Positions 26,430-34,080 of a stretch of DNA of 64,000 nt are shown here, piece by piece. The notes under the pieces were generated by a model. It saw nothing but the letters and a program-made list of their open reading frames with translations. It made no database searches and was not told the origin of the DNA. Position 1 is the first letter of the stretch, and every line of letters starts with the position of its first letter. The translations under genes and the position numbers were made by a program. This stretch comes from a virus. The stretch is taken from IMG/VR virus record IMGVR_UViG_3300021061_000001; one strand, given 5' to 3'.

Positions 26430-26601
26430 CCTGTTTCTCCTTGGGGAAAAGCCTGCCGGGCCGGTTCCGCAACCACCCGGCAGGCCGCTCATCCCCTGTT
26501 CCGGCTCTCGAAACCGGAACAGGTTCACGGCCAGCTACGCCGCCGCCGTGCCCCGCCATTTGGGGTGATCGGAACGAGGGACCTGGCGGGGCCGGCACCG
26601 G

Positions 26602-26799
26602 CTACGCCGCCGGGCCGTTTTTCGTGGGTTCGGACTCCTCGGCGAAGATCGGCTGCCCCTGGCCGTCCTCGGCGCAAACGCAGCGCAGACCGAGCGCCCG
26701 GCCGGCGTGCTTGAGCAACTGTCTGATGCGGTGAGCCACCGGCGGGTCCTTGTCGTCGGCGGCGACGAACGTGAGTCGGAAGCGATCCGTGCCCTTCAT
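26602..26799 (-). CDS. Small protein (65 aa)
   Basis: The start overlaps the upstream stop. Contains an HRIRQLLKHAGRALGLRCV motif. Confidence 0.45.
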   Translation of the reverse strand: MKGTDRFRLTFVAADDKDPPVAHRIRQLLKHAGRALGLRCVCAEDGQGQPIFAEESEPTKNGPAA

Positions 26800-27089
26800 A
26801 TGCGATCCATCTCCTCGATGAGATCCCGGAACAAGCCGATGGCCAGGTAACGGGCATCGGCGACCGTGATGTCTGCCGTGTCGTGGCGGTTGCCGAGGAC
26901 GCGACCGTAGTGCGCCTTCAGCTTTTTCATCAGGCGATCAAGCTGCTCGTCGATCGCGGCTATGGCTACCTGATCCACTGTCTCGCACGGGTTGCAGAGA
27001 AAGGTGGTCATGACGACGGCCCCTTTCATCGCGTCAAGCATGTGCGCCCACTGCCCATAGAGCAGGAAGGGGTTGGGTTGCTCGCTCAT
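26796..27089 (-). CDS. Small protein (97 aa)
   Basis: ATG 27089 overlaps the upstream stop (ATGA). Confidence 0.55.
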   Translation of the reverse strand: MSEQPNPFLLYGQWAHMLDAMKGAVVMTTFLCNPCETVDQVAIAAIDEQLDRLMKKLKAHYGRVLGNRHDTADITVADARYLAIGLFRDLIEEMDRI

Positions 27090-27778
27090 GCCCCCGCCTT
27101 CTTCCTGCCGCGCCTGCGGCTCGTGCCGTTCTCCGGCGGCTCCTGGCTTGGCAGAGGGTCGGCGTCGGGGTTCTCGGGGTACTGGTCGCCGTTCTGGAAC
27201 TTTTCCGAGACGGGGGGCAGTTCCTCCTCCTCGTCCGGGAATTGCTCCTCGCCGCCGAAGCTCTCTTCCTGTGGCTGCGAGAGCTGAGCGATCCAGGCCC
27301 TGACCGCCGCCGTGTCGCGGGCCGGGTTGTACGCCTGGAAGCCCTGCTCGCGCCACCGCTCGATAAATTGTTCCCTGGTCACGCCGAAGCGGCCCAGTTC
27401 GGTCAGGGCGCGGTTGAGGTCCCAGAACTCGACGCCTGGCACCCCTGGCGCACCGCCCACGCGCGGCGCTCGCACCCGCACGCCGCCCACCAATTTGCCG
27501 CCGAAGTTGACGTTGGGCTCCCAATACAGTTCGATCGGCTTGCCGGACCAGAAATCGCTCTCGTCGCCGTACAGGCTTTCGACGATCGACCAGTTCGTGT
27601 TGTTGACGATGAGCGGCTTGAGCCCCGGGGGGCTCATGAAGCTCATCACCGGCTTGTCCTCCTCGCCGTGGTCGGACTTGATCCGCCCCATCTGCACGGA
27701 ACGGATCGTGGCCACGACCGGCGTCGATACGTCCTCCTTCGACAGATAGGTGCTGGGGAATGCCTGCGACTTCTTCAT
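27086..27778 (-). CDS. Hypothetical protein, possibly OB-fold/ssDNA-binding-like, acidic tail
   Basis: The N-terminal KPLIVNNTNWSIVESLYGDESDFWSGKPIELYWEP..GGVRVRAP pattern and the acidic, Pro-rich C-terminus recall phage SSB-like proteins. Weak inference. Confidence 0.6.
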   Translation of the reverse strand: MKKSQAFPSTYLSKEDVSTPVVATIRSVQMGRIKSDHGEEDKPVMSFMSPPGLKPLIVNNTNWSIVESLYGDESDFWSGKPIELYWEPNVNFGGKLVGGVRVRAPRVGGAPGVPGVEFWDLNRALTELGRFGVTREQFIERWREQGFQAYNPARDTAAVRAWIAQLSQPQEESFGGEEQFPDEEEELPPVSEKFQNGDQYPENPDADPLPSQEPPENGTSRRRGRKKAGA

Positions 27779-27795
27779 GTCATGCCTCCGAAAAC

Positions 27796-28149
27796 TTAGT
27801 TGAGTGTGAATCCGCCTTCGCTGTTGATCCTCGCTATGCGCTGGTCGATCTCCTCTTGCATGGCCTTCTTCTTCTGCTCCTCCGCCTTGATGTGAGCCAG
27901 CACTTCGTCACGGGTCATCGGGGCCAGTGTGTCGCCAACGATCAGCGCGAAGGGCCGCTCGCCGGCCTCGCAAATCTCGTGGATGCCTTCGCACTCCGGC
28001 AGATAGCCTCTCTCGTCGCCATGGCACACCGCCGCGGCCACGAACTCGCGTGCCAGACCGAACTTGCGCGATCGGCCAGTAACGAAAGCGACCCACGTTT
28101 TTGCCCCCGGCTGGTTCTTGAGCCAGAGACACACGCCGTCGTAGCGCAT
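27796..28149 (-). CDS. Hypothetical protein (117 aa)
   Basis: ORF within the operon with coding GC3. Confidence 0.55.
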   Translation of the reverse strand: MRYDGVCLWLKNQPGAKTWVAFVTGRSRKFGLAREFVAAAVCHGDERGYLPECEGIHEICEAGERPFALIVGDTLAPMTRDEVLAHIKAEEQKKKAMQEEIDQRIARINSEGGFTLN

Positions 28150-28151
28150 CG

Positions 28152-28388
28152 CTAGCTCCGCACCGCCACCGTGGTTGGTTGCTCGGCAAGCACTTCGTCA
28201 TGAGTTGCCAGTAGCGAGATGTTCGGCGGCTCGATGTCCGGGTGCGATAGTTCGCCCATCGTGCCGTCTGACTGATCGAACATCCACTTACGCCATCGTT
28301 CGATCGCACGCTGCATCGATGTGGCCACAATGAATAGTGGCCCCGTTTCTTCGTCGCTCACCAAATACAGATTGTTCTTGTCTTTCAT
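28152..28388 (-). CDS. Hypothetical protein (78 aa)
   Basis: Start overlaps the upstream stop (ATGA); ends 2 nt before the next gene's start. Confidence 0.5.
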   Translation of the reverse strand: MKDKNNLYLVSDEETGPLFIVATSMQRAIERWRKWMFDQSDGTMGELSHPDIEPPNISLLATHDEVLAEQPTTVAVRS

Positions 28389-29041
28389 CGCACCGCCACC
28401 GTTTGCGCCTCGTAGAACTCCACGCCGGCCACCTTCGCGTCCGGCCCCAGTGCCTGCGCCAGCTTGGACAGCTTCTGCTCGTCCACCATCAGGAACTCGC
28501 GCGGCACCTGGGCCGCGTCGGTTACTCGGAAGGTCCAGCGCCGCCGGGTCACGACCCCGGCCGGCTTGGGAGGCGGAGCCGACGGCAGGACCACCGGCGC
28601 CACCACCTGGGCGGCCTGGGCCAGACGCTGCTCGCGCAATTCCGGCGTCTTGAGCTTGGCGGCCTGCTTCGCGAGCCGCTCCCGCTCCTTCCTGGCACGC
28701 TCGTCCGCCTCGGCCTGCAACCTGCGGGCCTCCTCCTGCCGCTTACGATCCTCTTCGCGCTGGTAGGTGAGCATGGCGGCTTTTACTAGCCGCTCTGCTT
28801 CGTCGAGGGGGCCAAGCAGCCCCTTCTCGGTCTGGCAGATTTCCTTGTGGGCCTCCGCCGCCCGTTTTTTCATGGGGGCGAAGAAGTCGGCGATCCGGCG
28901 GCCGAGCGATTTGACCGCCCGTAGCCGGTCGCTGACCGCCTGCATCTGGTCCGGTGACGTGATCGTGACCGCCTTGGCCCACGCCAGGACAGAGGACGAT
29001 TCGGTAGCCATCTCGGCCGGGATCTCTACGAGGTCTGGCAT
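28385..29041 (-). CDS. Coiled-coil recombination-module protein (Gp157-like, tentative)
   Basis: ATG 29041 overlaps the exonuclease stop. It has a long charged coiled coil and a C-terminal WTFRVTDAAQVPREFLMVDEQKL..GVEF pattern, as in proteins that accompany phage exonucleases (recalled). Confidence 0.6.
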   Translation of the reverse strand: MPDLVEIPAEMATESSSVLAWAKAVTITSPDQMQAVSDRLRAVKSLGRRIADFFAPMKKRAAEAHKEICQTEKGLLGPLDEAERLVKAAMLTYQREEDRKRQEEARRLQAEADERARKERERLAKQAAKLKTPELREQRLAQAAQVVAPVVLPSAPPPKPAGVVTRRRWTFRVTDAAQVPREFLMVDEQKLSKLAQALGPDAKVAGVEFYEAQTVAVR

Positions 29042-29634
29042 CACGCGCTCCTCATGTACTGCTGTTGGAAGTTCCACACTGTCAGCGCCGCCAAAAACTG
29101 CTGCTCGGCCAGCCGTAGCTCGTAGGGCGACAGCCAGAGTGTGCGGTAGCTGCCGTCCTCGCGCAGCTCCACTGCGGCCGCCCTGGCCGGCTTGCCGTGG
29201 CCGTTCTCGCACGCGAGGAGCGAGTACGCGCCGAGCTGCAATCGCACGCGCGGCTCGATCGTCGATTTGAGGTCCACCACCACCAGCCCGACCCCCGGCA
29301 CGCTCCCCAGCCTGTCGAGCGTGCCCGCGAAGCGATATGTCCGGGACGCCAAGGGCTGTTCGGCCAGGACCGGCACCAGCCCGGCCGCCGACCGGAACTC
29401 TTGCCAGGCCCGCACACGCCCAAGCACCGTTGCCGGCACGGCTGTCCAGTCCAAAAAGTTCTCGTCAAATTGCTGGCACAGTTCATGGACCAGCGTGCCG
29501 CGCTCCAGGTGGTGCGGCTCGGCCTGGAACTGCCCGGGCAGGACCGCGCGGACGACTTGCGTCACGCTGGGCAGGATCTGTCCATCGAGGGTGTAGGTGT
29601 GCCGGGATGAGTCGAATTGCAGGTCCATTCTCAA
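29041..29634 (-). CDS. PD-(D/E)XK (Cas4/RecB-like) exonuclease
   Basis: HTYTLDGQILPSVTQV at the N-terminus, then GTLDRL ... VVVDLKS (the D ... D/E-x-K core). Confidence 0.8.
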   Translation of the reverse strand: MRMDLQFDSSRHTYTLDGQILPSVTQVVRAVLPGQFQAEPHHLERGTLVHELCQQFDENFLDWTAVPATVLGRVRAWQEFRSAAGLVPVLAEQPLASRTYRFAGTLDRLGSVPGVGLVVVDLKSTIEPRVRLQLGAYSLLACENGHGKPARAAAVELREDGSYRTLWLSPYELRLAEQQFLAALTVWNFQQQYMRSA

Positions 29635-30035
29635 TTCTCTTCGCCGTTGCCGTCGCCGTTGCCGTCGCCGTAGCCGTTGCCGTCGCCGTAGCCGTTGCCG
29701 TTGCCGTCGCCGTTGCCGTCGCCGTAGCCGTTGCCGTCGCCGTAGCCGTTGCCGTTGCCGTCGCCGTTGCCGTTGCCGTTGCCGTCGCCGTAGCCGTTGC
29801 CGTAGCCGTAGCCGTAGCCGTAGCCGTAGCCGTCGCCGTCGCCGTTGCCGTTGCCGTAGCCTTTGCCGTTGCCGTAGCCGCCTACGGCGGCGGCCTGGAT
29901 GTACTCGTTGTCTGAGTAGTCAGAGGCGTTCCCGGCAATGACGCCGTGCTCCTCAACCCACTTCTTCACGCCGTCGATACAGGCGCCAGCGTCCAAGACG
30001 TCAGCGACGGTGACTCGCTCCTTGTACTCGAACAT
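29631..30035 (-). CDS. Gly/Tyr/Asn/Asp-repeat protein (134 aa)
   Basis: A ~50-aa N-domain (..DAGACIDGVKKWVEEHG..) is followed by ~83 aa of GYG/GNG/GDG units up to the C-terminal EEN. The start abuts the upstream stop (TAAATG). Confidence 0.7.
   Translation of the reverse strand: MFEYKERVTVADVLDAGACIDGVKKWVEEHGVIAGNASDYSDNEYIQAAAVGGYGNGKGYGNGNGDGDGYGYGYGYGYGNGYGDGNGNGNGDGNGNGYGDGNGYGDGNGDGNGNGYGDGNGYGDGNGDGNGEEN
29634..29882 (-). repeat. Degenerate 6/18-bp tandem repeat array encoding the G-Y/N/D repeats
   Basis: The + strand reads (GCCGT[TA]GCCGTCGCC)n. No unique spacers. Confidence 0.9.
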
Positions 30036-30311
30036 TTACTTCGCCTCCTCCCACGCCTTGGCTGCTTCGGGAGTGACCTCGAAAACGGCCGTCACTTTCC
30101 GCACGTCGATGTCGGCGCGAGCGGAAATCTTGCTGGTGGAGGTCGGGCCGGTTTCCGCAAGCTGCATGACGCCTCGCTGTGTGCCGAAGTAGATAGCCAT
30201 GCGAGCACGCTTGAGGTGGACGCGATCACCGTTCGTATCCTCGGCGTACCCGAAGAACACTCCGCGATGCTCGGTGCAGACGATGACAGGTCGCTCAGAT
30301 TTCTTGGCCAT
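30036..30311 (-). CDS. Conserved small phage protein (91 aa)
   Basis: ATG 30311 follows AAGGAGAA. PVIVCTEHRGVFFGYAE..MAIYFGTQRGVMQLAETGP resembles a recurrent phage family of unknown function (recalled). Confidence 0.65.
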   Translation of the reverse strand: MAKKSERPVIVCTEHRGVFFGYAEDTNGDRVHLKRARMAIYFGTQRGVMQLAETGPTSTSKISARADIDVRKVTAVFEVTPEAAKAWEEAK

Positions 30312-30340
30312 CGAAATTCTCCTTGTGTGGTTTTCGTCGT

Positions 30341-30700
30341 TCAGCTTCCGACCGCGAAGGGGTCTTGTGCGCCAGTGAAGGCGGCCTGTACGTCGGCCAG
30401 ATCGTCCTTGCCTCTCTGCTTCTCCAGGGCACCGCTCAGCGCCGCCGCCAGGGTCGGCCCGGTCGCGATCCGCCCATCGGCATAGACCCGCCAAACGACC
30501 TCGTTCCTGTCCTTGTGCAGCGCCAGGTCGAACGAGATCGAGGCGTAAGTGTCCTCACCAAAGGCCAGCTTGAGTTTCTGCGCCGCCTCCAGGAGATCCA
30601 CTGGCCCCTGAATCGGCAGGCCGATCATGCCCGCGATTCCGTCCAGCTTGTCAGCCATGCCTCTGAGAGTCTCGGCCGCCTCGCGTATGTCCTGACGCAT
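30341..30700 (-). CDS. Hypothetical protein (119 aa)
   Basis: ATG 30700 follows GGAGGCAGGGGA, directly downstream of the terminator hairpin. Confidence 0.6.
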   Translation of the reverse strand: MRQDIREAAETLRGMADKLDGIAGMIGLPIQGPVDLLEAAQKLKLAFGEDTYASISFDLALHKDRNEVVWRVYADGRIATGPTLAAALSGALEKQRGKDDLADVQAAFTGAQDPFAVGS

Positions 30701-30920
30701 TCCCCTGCCTCCAAATCGTGTAAAGAAAAGCCCGCCGCCGTATGATGAAGCCGGCGGCGGGCGCGACCCCGACAACGGAGCCGTCCAGGTCCGTCACCGA
30801 CTCGACCAGGAAGCCCTCGGGGTAGTCCGGCTCGTGCGGCATGTTCCGCTCCGCTCGCTCGTAACGCCCCTCGACCACCACCACCAAACCGCTCTCCAGC
30901 GTGTGCTCGAACCCAATCAC
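30651..30920 (-). CDS. Hypothetical protein (GTG start); ORF runs through the terminator
   Basis: GAGGGA lies upstream of GTG 30920. GC3 is coding-like up to about 30765. The last ~110 nt contain the terminator and the next gene's RBS and start. Confidence 0.4.
   Translation of the reverse strand: MIGFEHTLESGLVVVVEGRYERAERNMPHEPDYPEGFLVESVTDLDGSVVGVAPAAGFIIRRRAFLYTIWRQGNASGHTRGGRDSQRHG
30722..30762 (-). terminator. Rho-independent terminator (minus strand)
   Basis: The minus strand reads GCCCGCCGCCG-(11-nt loop)-CGGCGGCGGGC followed by TTTTCTTT. Confidence 0.65.
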
Positions 30921-31182
30921 GACACGTCCCTCGCAAAAACAAACGGGGTCAGGAACTAGGGATTAAGCAGCAGTTATGGCCAGCGCCCAAGAATGAGCCG
31001 GCTATTTCGCGAGTCAGAAACTCCCTGACATCCGAGAAGGGGTTATTTTCTTTTTGAACAAGTGTTCCGCTTTCTTTGCCGGGCCTTCGTGGTAGGATTG
31101 GTATCTCTCGTGCGCACGCTGGGGCATGCGCACGAGAGTGAAAGCCTCCTTGCCGCGTAGCGCGACATAGGGAGGCCCGTCC

Positions 31183-32130
31183 GTGTCCACGATCCGCCTT
31201 TTCTCGGGCAACCAGCCCGAACCAGCCCTCACCGTGCGCCAGGTCATCGCCGCCTACCTTGACCAGAAGGCGCTCGACCACCTCGCCGGCGCTTTCAGCC
31301 TCAAAGCCCTGGAATCGGCCCGCCATTACCTTGGCCGCTTCGCCAAGGACTTCGGCGATCTGCCCGTCAGCCAGTGCCACAAGAACGATCTGACACACTG
31401 GCTGCTCAAGCACCCGGAATGGGAATCGACCTTCACCCGCCACGATGCCGTCGGCCGCGTGGTGACGTGCTTTTACTGGGCCGAGGACGAGCTGGGCATC
31501 GTCAGCCGCTACCGCCGCCCCAAGTTCGTGGGCGCCCCCCTGCGCCCACGGCCGGCCATCGAGCCGGCCGAATACCGCGCCATGCAGCGCTATGCTCGCC
31601 GGGCCAGGAACACCCGCCGCATGCTCCGCACGCGAAACGTATTCCGTGCCGCCTTGTCCTTCCTGTGGCGGACGGGTGCCCGGCCCTGCGAGATGCGCAC
31701 CGCTCAATGGACCGAACTCGACTGGCGCCGAGAGATCATCGTCACCAAGAACAAGACCGAGAAGGCGACCGGCAAGGACCGCATGATCCCCGTCGGCTCC
31801 GTCATGCACCTCTTGCGCTGGCTCTACCGCCGCAAGAAGCCCGGTCAGACGCACATCTTCACCAACACCCTGGGAAAGCCCTGGACGGCCGACCGCTTCG
31901 CCAAGGAGTTCCGCCGCTACGCCAACCTGGCCGGCGTCCGCCAGAAGGTGAGCGCCTACTGCCTGCGCCATGGCATGTGCGTCCGGCTGCTGGAGAAGGG
32001 CGAGGGGGAGAGGCAGATAGCCGACGTGCTCGGCCACGAATCGACCCGCTACGTGAGCTGGTACGGCAGAACGACCCGGACCATGGCCGACTACCTCAAC
32101 GACGTGATTCGCCGGAAGAAGCGGCCCTGA
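31183..32130 (+). CDS. int: Tyrosine recombinase / phage integrase
   Basis: FLWRTGARPCEM (Arg I), CLRHGMCVRLL (H-x-x-R), VLGHES (His) and a YVSWY tyrosine region, in canonical order. GTG start, uncertain. Confidence 0.9.
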   Translation: MSTIRLFSGNQPEPALTVRQVIAAYLDQKALDHLAGAFSLKALESARHYLGRFAKDFGDLPVSQCHKNDLTHWLLKHPEWESTFTRHDAVGRVVTCFYWAEDELGIVSRYRRPKFVGAPLRPRPAIEPAEYRAMQRYARRARNTRRMLRTRNVFRAALSFLWRTGARPCEMRTAQWTELDWRREIIVTKNKTEKATGKDRMIPVGSVMHLLRWLYRRKKPGQTHIFTNTLGKPWTADRFAKEFRRYANLAGVRQKVSAYCLRHGMCVRLLEKGEGERQIADVLGHESTRYVSWYGRTTRTMADYLNDVIRRKKRP

Positions 32131-32365
32131 TTCGCCGACACCTGGCGGGTGTGTTTCGGCCTGTGAGAGGAAGTTGCGCCCCAAGGTCGTGCGCGCGGCC
32201 CATCTAGGGTCACGCCCCGACGCGCGGCACATTGGTCGGTCTGTGACCGGCCAGTCAAGCGGGTTACCCGCCCAATCGCGGAGGTTTTCGTACTCGACGC
32301 GGCGTGCCATTTGGGACTGCCTTGGTGGACCTTGGATCTGGCTTGGTCAAAGCATAGGCGGCTTA

Positions 32366-32413
32366 CTTGCAAAATGCAAGATCAAAATTTCCGCAAATTT
32401 TGCAATTGCAAAA
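32366..32413 (+). promoter_or_regulatory. Two TTGCA-N-TGCAA operator-like palindromes
   Basis: CTTGCAaaaTGCAAG (32366-32380) and TTTTGCAATTGCAAAA (32398-32413), in an AT-rich stretch just upstream of the HTH gene. Confidence 0.45.
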
Positions 32414-32435
32414 AGACAGGAAGTGGGATAGCTTT

Positions 32436-32690
32436 ATGAGCATGCACAAGGATTCGTCAGGTATGCCAACCTCGGAACTTCAGGAGTTCATGAACCTGAA
32501 GGGTTGGAACCGAACCAAGCTGGCAGCGGCTCTCGACATAACCGCCAATACGGTAGATCGTTGGTTCATGGCCGGAAAAGTCGCTGGCGGTCCCCCATCC
32601 ATCCTTCTCCGCGAGTGGCTGGAGCGCGAACGCGCCCGGGCCGCCCACGAGGGGAACGGTCGCAAGCAACTCACTGGCTCCGCTAGCTAA
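32436..32690 (+). CDS. XRE/Cro-CI-type HTH regulator
   Basis: LQEFMNLKGWNRTKLAAALDITANTVDRWFMAG helix-turn-helix. ATG 32436 was chosen because the operators occupy the longer track ORF's 5' end. Confidence 0.7.
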   Translation: MSMHKDSSGMPTSELQEFMNLKGWNRTKLAAALDITANTVDRWFMAGKVAGGPPSILLREWLERERARAAHEGNGRKQLTGSAS

Positions 32691-32788
32691 ACCCTGCGCG
32701 GAGCCACATCATGGAACCATTCCGCAGTTTCTGCGTCGGACTTGACCAGTCTGGTCAAGCGTCCTATCCTCCAACAGAGGAGGACGAC

Positions 32789-33022
32789 ATGCAGACCAAA
32801 CCGCGCGCCTTGTTCACCCCGGAACTCATCAAGGAGATCCGCGCCACGCTGGGGCTCACGCTGGAGCAGGCCGCGGCCCGCGCCGGGGTAACCCTGTTCA
32901 CCTGGCACCGCTGGGAGTCGGGCAAGCGCCATCCGCGCTGGCAGCATCAGCAGACGCTCGAAGAGATGTACGAATCAGCGAAGCGGAAGCGGCCGAAGAA
33001 GCCGCAGACGGAGGGTGAGTGA
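32789..33022 (+). CDS. XRE-type HTH regulator
   Basis: ATG 32789 follows AGAGGAGGA. IKEIRATLGLTLEQAAARAGVTLFTWHRWESGKRHP. Confidence 0.7.
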   Translation: MQTKPRALFTPELIKEIRATLGLTLEQAAARAGVTLFTWHRWESGKRHPRWQHQQTLEEMYESAKRKRPKKPQTEGE

Positions 33023-33025
33023 GTT

Positions 33026-33265
33026 ATGGGCGTCATGCCATGCTACCGGGCCGGCTGCCCGAACATCCTTTGCGACCACTTTTTGAACGGCCACTACATC
33101 TGCCTTGAGTGCCAGATGGATTTTGACAAACTCCTGGAGGACTGGCCAAAGCAGATGACGCGTGCCGGGATCAAGAGGCGAATCGAGGAGTTTTTCGCCA
33201 AGTCGAAGGACGACTACGAAGTAGTTGACGTGGACGAGGCGATCAAGAAATTGGAAGAACCATAA
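33026..33265 (+). CDS. Small zinc-binding protein (79 aa)
   Basis: CYRAGCPNILCDH...CLEC cysteine clusters. Starts 3 nt after the previous stop. Confidence 0.6.
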   Translation: MGVMPCYRAGCPNILCDHFLNGHYICLECQMDFDKLLEDWPKQMTRAGIKRRIEEFFAKSKDDYEVVDVDEAIKKLEEP

Positions 33266-33276
33266 GCGATCCGCGA

Positions 33277-33693
33277 CTAGCCCCCATCCTTGCCCGCCCC
33301 TTGGCGGGCCTTCCTTGCCCTTCTGGCCTTCTCGCAGAGCCTGTCCACCAGCCTGGCCGACCACGGTTGCGACCAGCGTTTTTCCGGCTCGACCCGGTGC
33401 TCCAGCATGTGCAGCGCCAGCGCGTGAGCGCTCCAGCCCTGGCCGCGCTGGGTTAGGAAATATTCCCCCCAGCGCACGTCGTCGGCCTGGGCCTGGCTCT
33501 GTCGCCAGTCCTTGCGCCTGGCGGCGCGGATTAGCTTGGGCCAGGGCCAGAAGGTCTTGTGATGGCGTCCCCGATACCAGACCCAGATACCGTCGGGGGT
33601 GGGGCAGTAGACGAGGGGGTTGCCGGCCTGGTCGGTGAGGTGGGGGAGGGTAATGCGGCCTGGCTTGGGGGGGCGCTTATCGTGGCGGGGCAT
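33277..33693 (-). CDS. Hypothetical basic, Trp-rich protein (138 aa)
   Basis: Strong GC3 signal. No Shine-Dalgarno; the ATG is directly preceded by the 2 x 12-nt repeat. Confidence 0.6.
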   Translation of the reverse strand: MPRHDKRPPKPGRITLPHLTDQAGNPLVYCPTPDGIWVWYRGRHHKTFWPWPKLIRAARRKDWRQSQAQADDVRWGEYFLTQRGQGWSAHALALHMLEHRVEPEKRWSQPWSARLVDRLCEKARRARKARQGAGKDGG

Positions 33694-33717
33694 CGCTTAA
33701 AGTGTCGCTTAAAGTGT
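33694..33717 (-). promoter_or_regulatory. 2 x 12-nt direct repeat abutting a start codon
   Basis: CGCTTAAAGTGT occurs twice in tandem. GCATTACA(A)TTTT boxes lie at ~33748 and ~33789 in the same AT-rich 108-nt spacer. Confidence 0.4.
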
Positions 33718-33801
33718 CGTGATCCCGAATTTCTGTACTGCGACTTGCATTACAATTTTGGACCAGCTTTCGATTTGTATTGCGCTTAGCATTACATTTT
33801 C

Positions 33802-34080
33802 TCACCCTCGATCGATCTCCAGTCCGACCCGGGCCGCGAAGTAGAGCCGCGCCAGCCCGTCGTCATCCGCAGCCAGGCCGAGTTTCCTCTTGATCCCGGA
33901 GCGGAACGAGTTGACGGTTCTGGCCGAGATCCCGAGACGCCTGGCGATCTCCCGGGGAGTATACCCCATTGCGATGTGGGCGAGGATGTCCCCCTCGCGC
34001 GGCGAAAGGCCCTGGACCCGCGCGATCGTGTCGTGCAGGTCCAGGGCGAATAGTTCGGTGGCTCGCTGGATGGTCAGCAC
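33802..34080 (-). CDS. LuxR/GerE-type HTH protein (92 aa, GTG start)
   Basis: LSPREGDILAHIAMGYTPREIARRLGISARTVNSFRSGIKRKLG. GTG 34080 lies 9 nt after GAGGAGGA and overlaps the upstream stop. Confidence 0.8.
   Translation of the reverse strand: MLTIQRATELFALDLHDTIARVQGLSPREGDILAHIAMGYTPREIARRLGISARTVNSFRSGIKRKLGLAADDDGLARLYFAARVGLEIDRG

Noticed and set aside
29634-29882. Possible CRISPR array
   Set aside because: The units are 6-18 bp, contiguous and degenerate, with no unique spacers. The array is an in-frame coding repeat.
29337-29915. + strand ORFs reading (AV)n or (RC/RS)n across the repeat array
   Set aside because: They are the reverse-complement frames of the Gly/Tyr/Asn/Asp-repeat gene. 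Only the minus-strand frame has a start coupled to the operon and a non-repetitive N-domain.
30943-31182. attP core or a small minus-strand gene (31014..31247) upstream of the integrase
   Set aside because: The lower-GC spacer is a reasonable place for attP, but no tRNA fragment or clear core repeat is visible without the host sequence. The 77-aa ORF overlaps the integrase start region and has poor codon statistics.
33292-33309. GCCCGCC-cctt-GGCGGGC hairpin between convergent genes as a bidirectional terminator
   Set aside because: The stem is short (7 bp), lies inside the last codons of the minus-strand gene, and has only a weak T-rich tail. The evidence is too weak to annotate.
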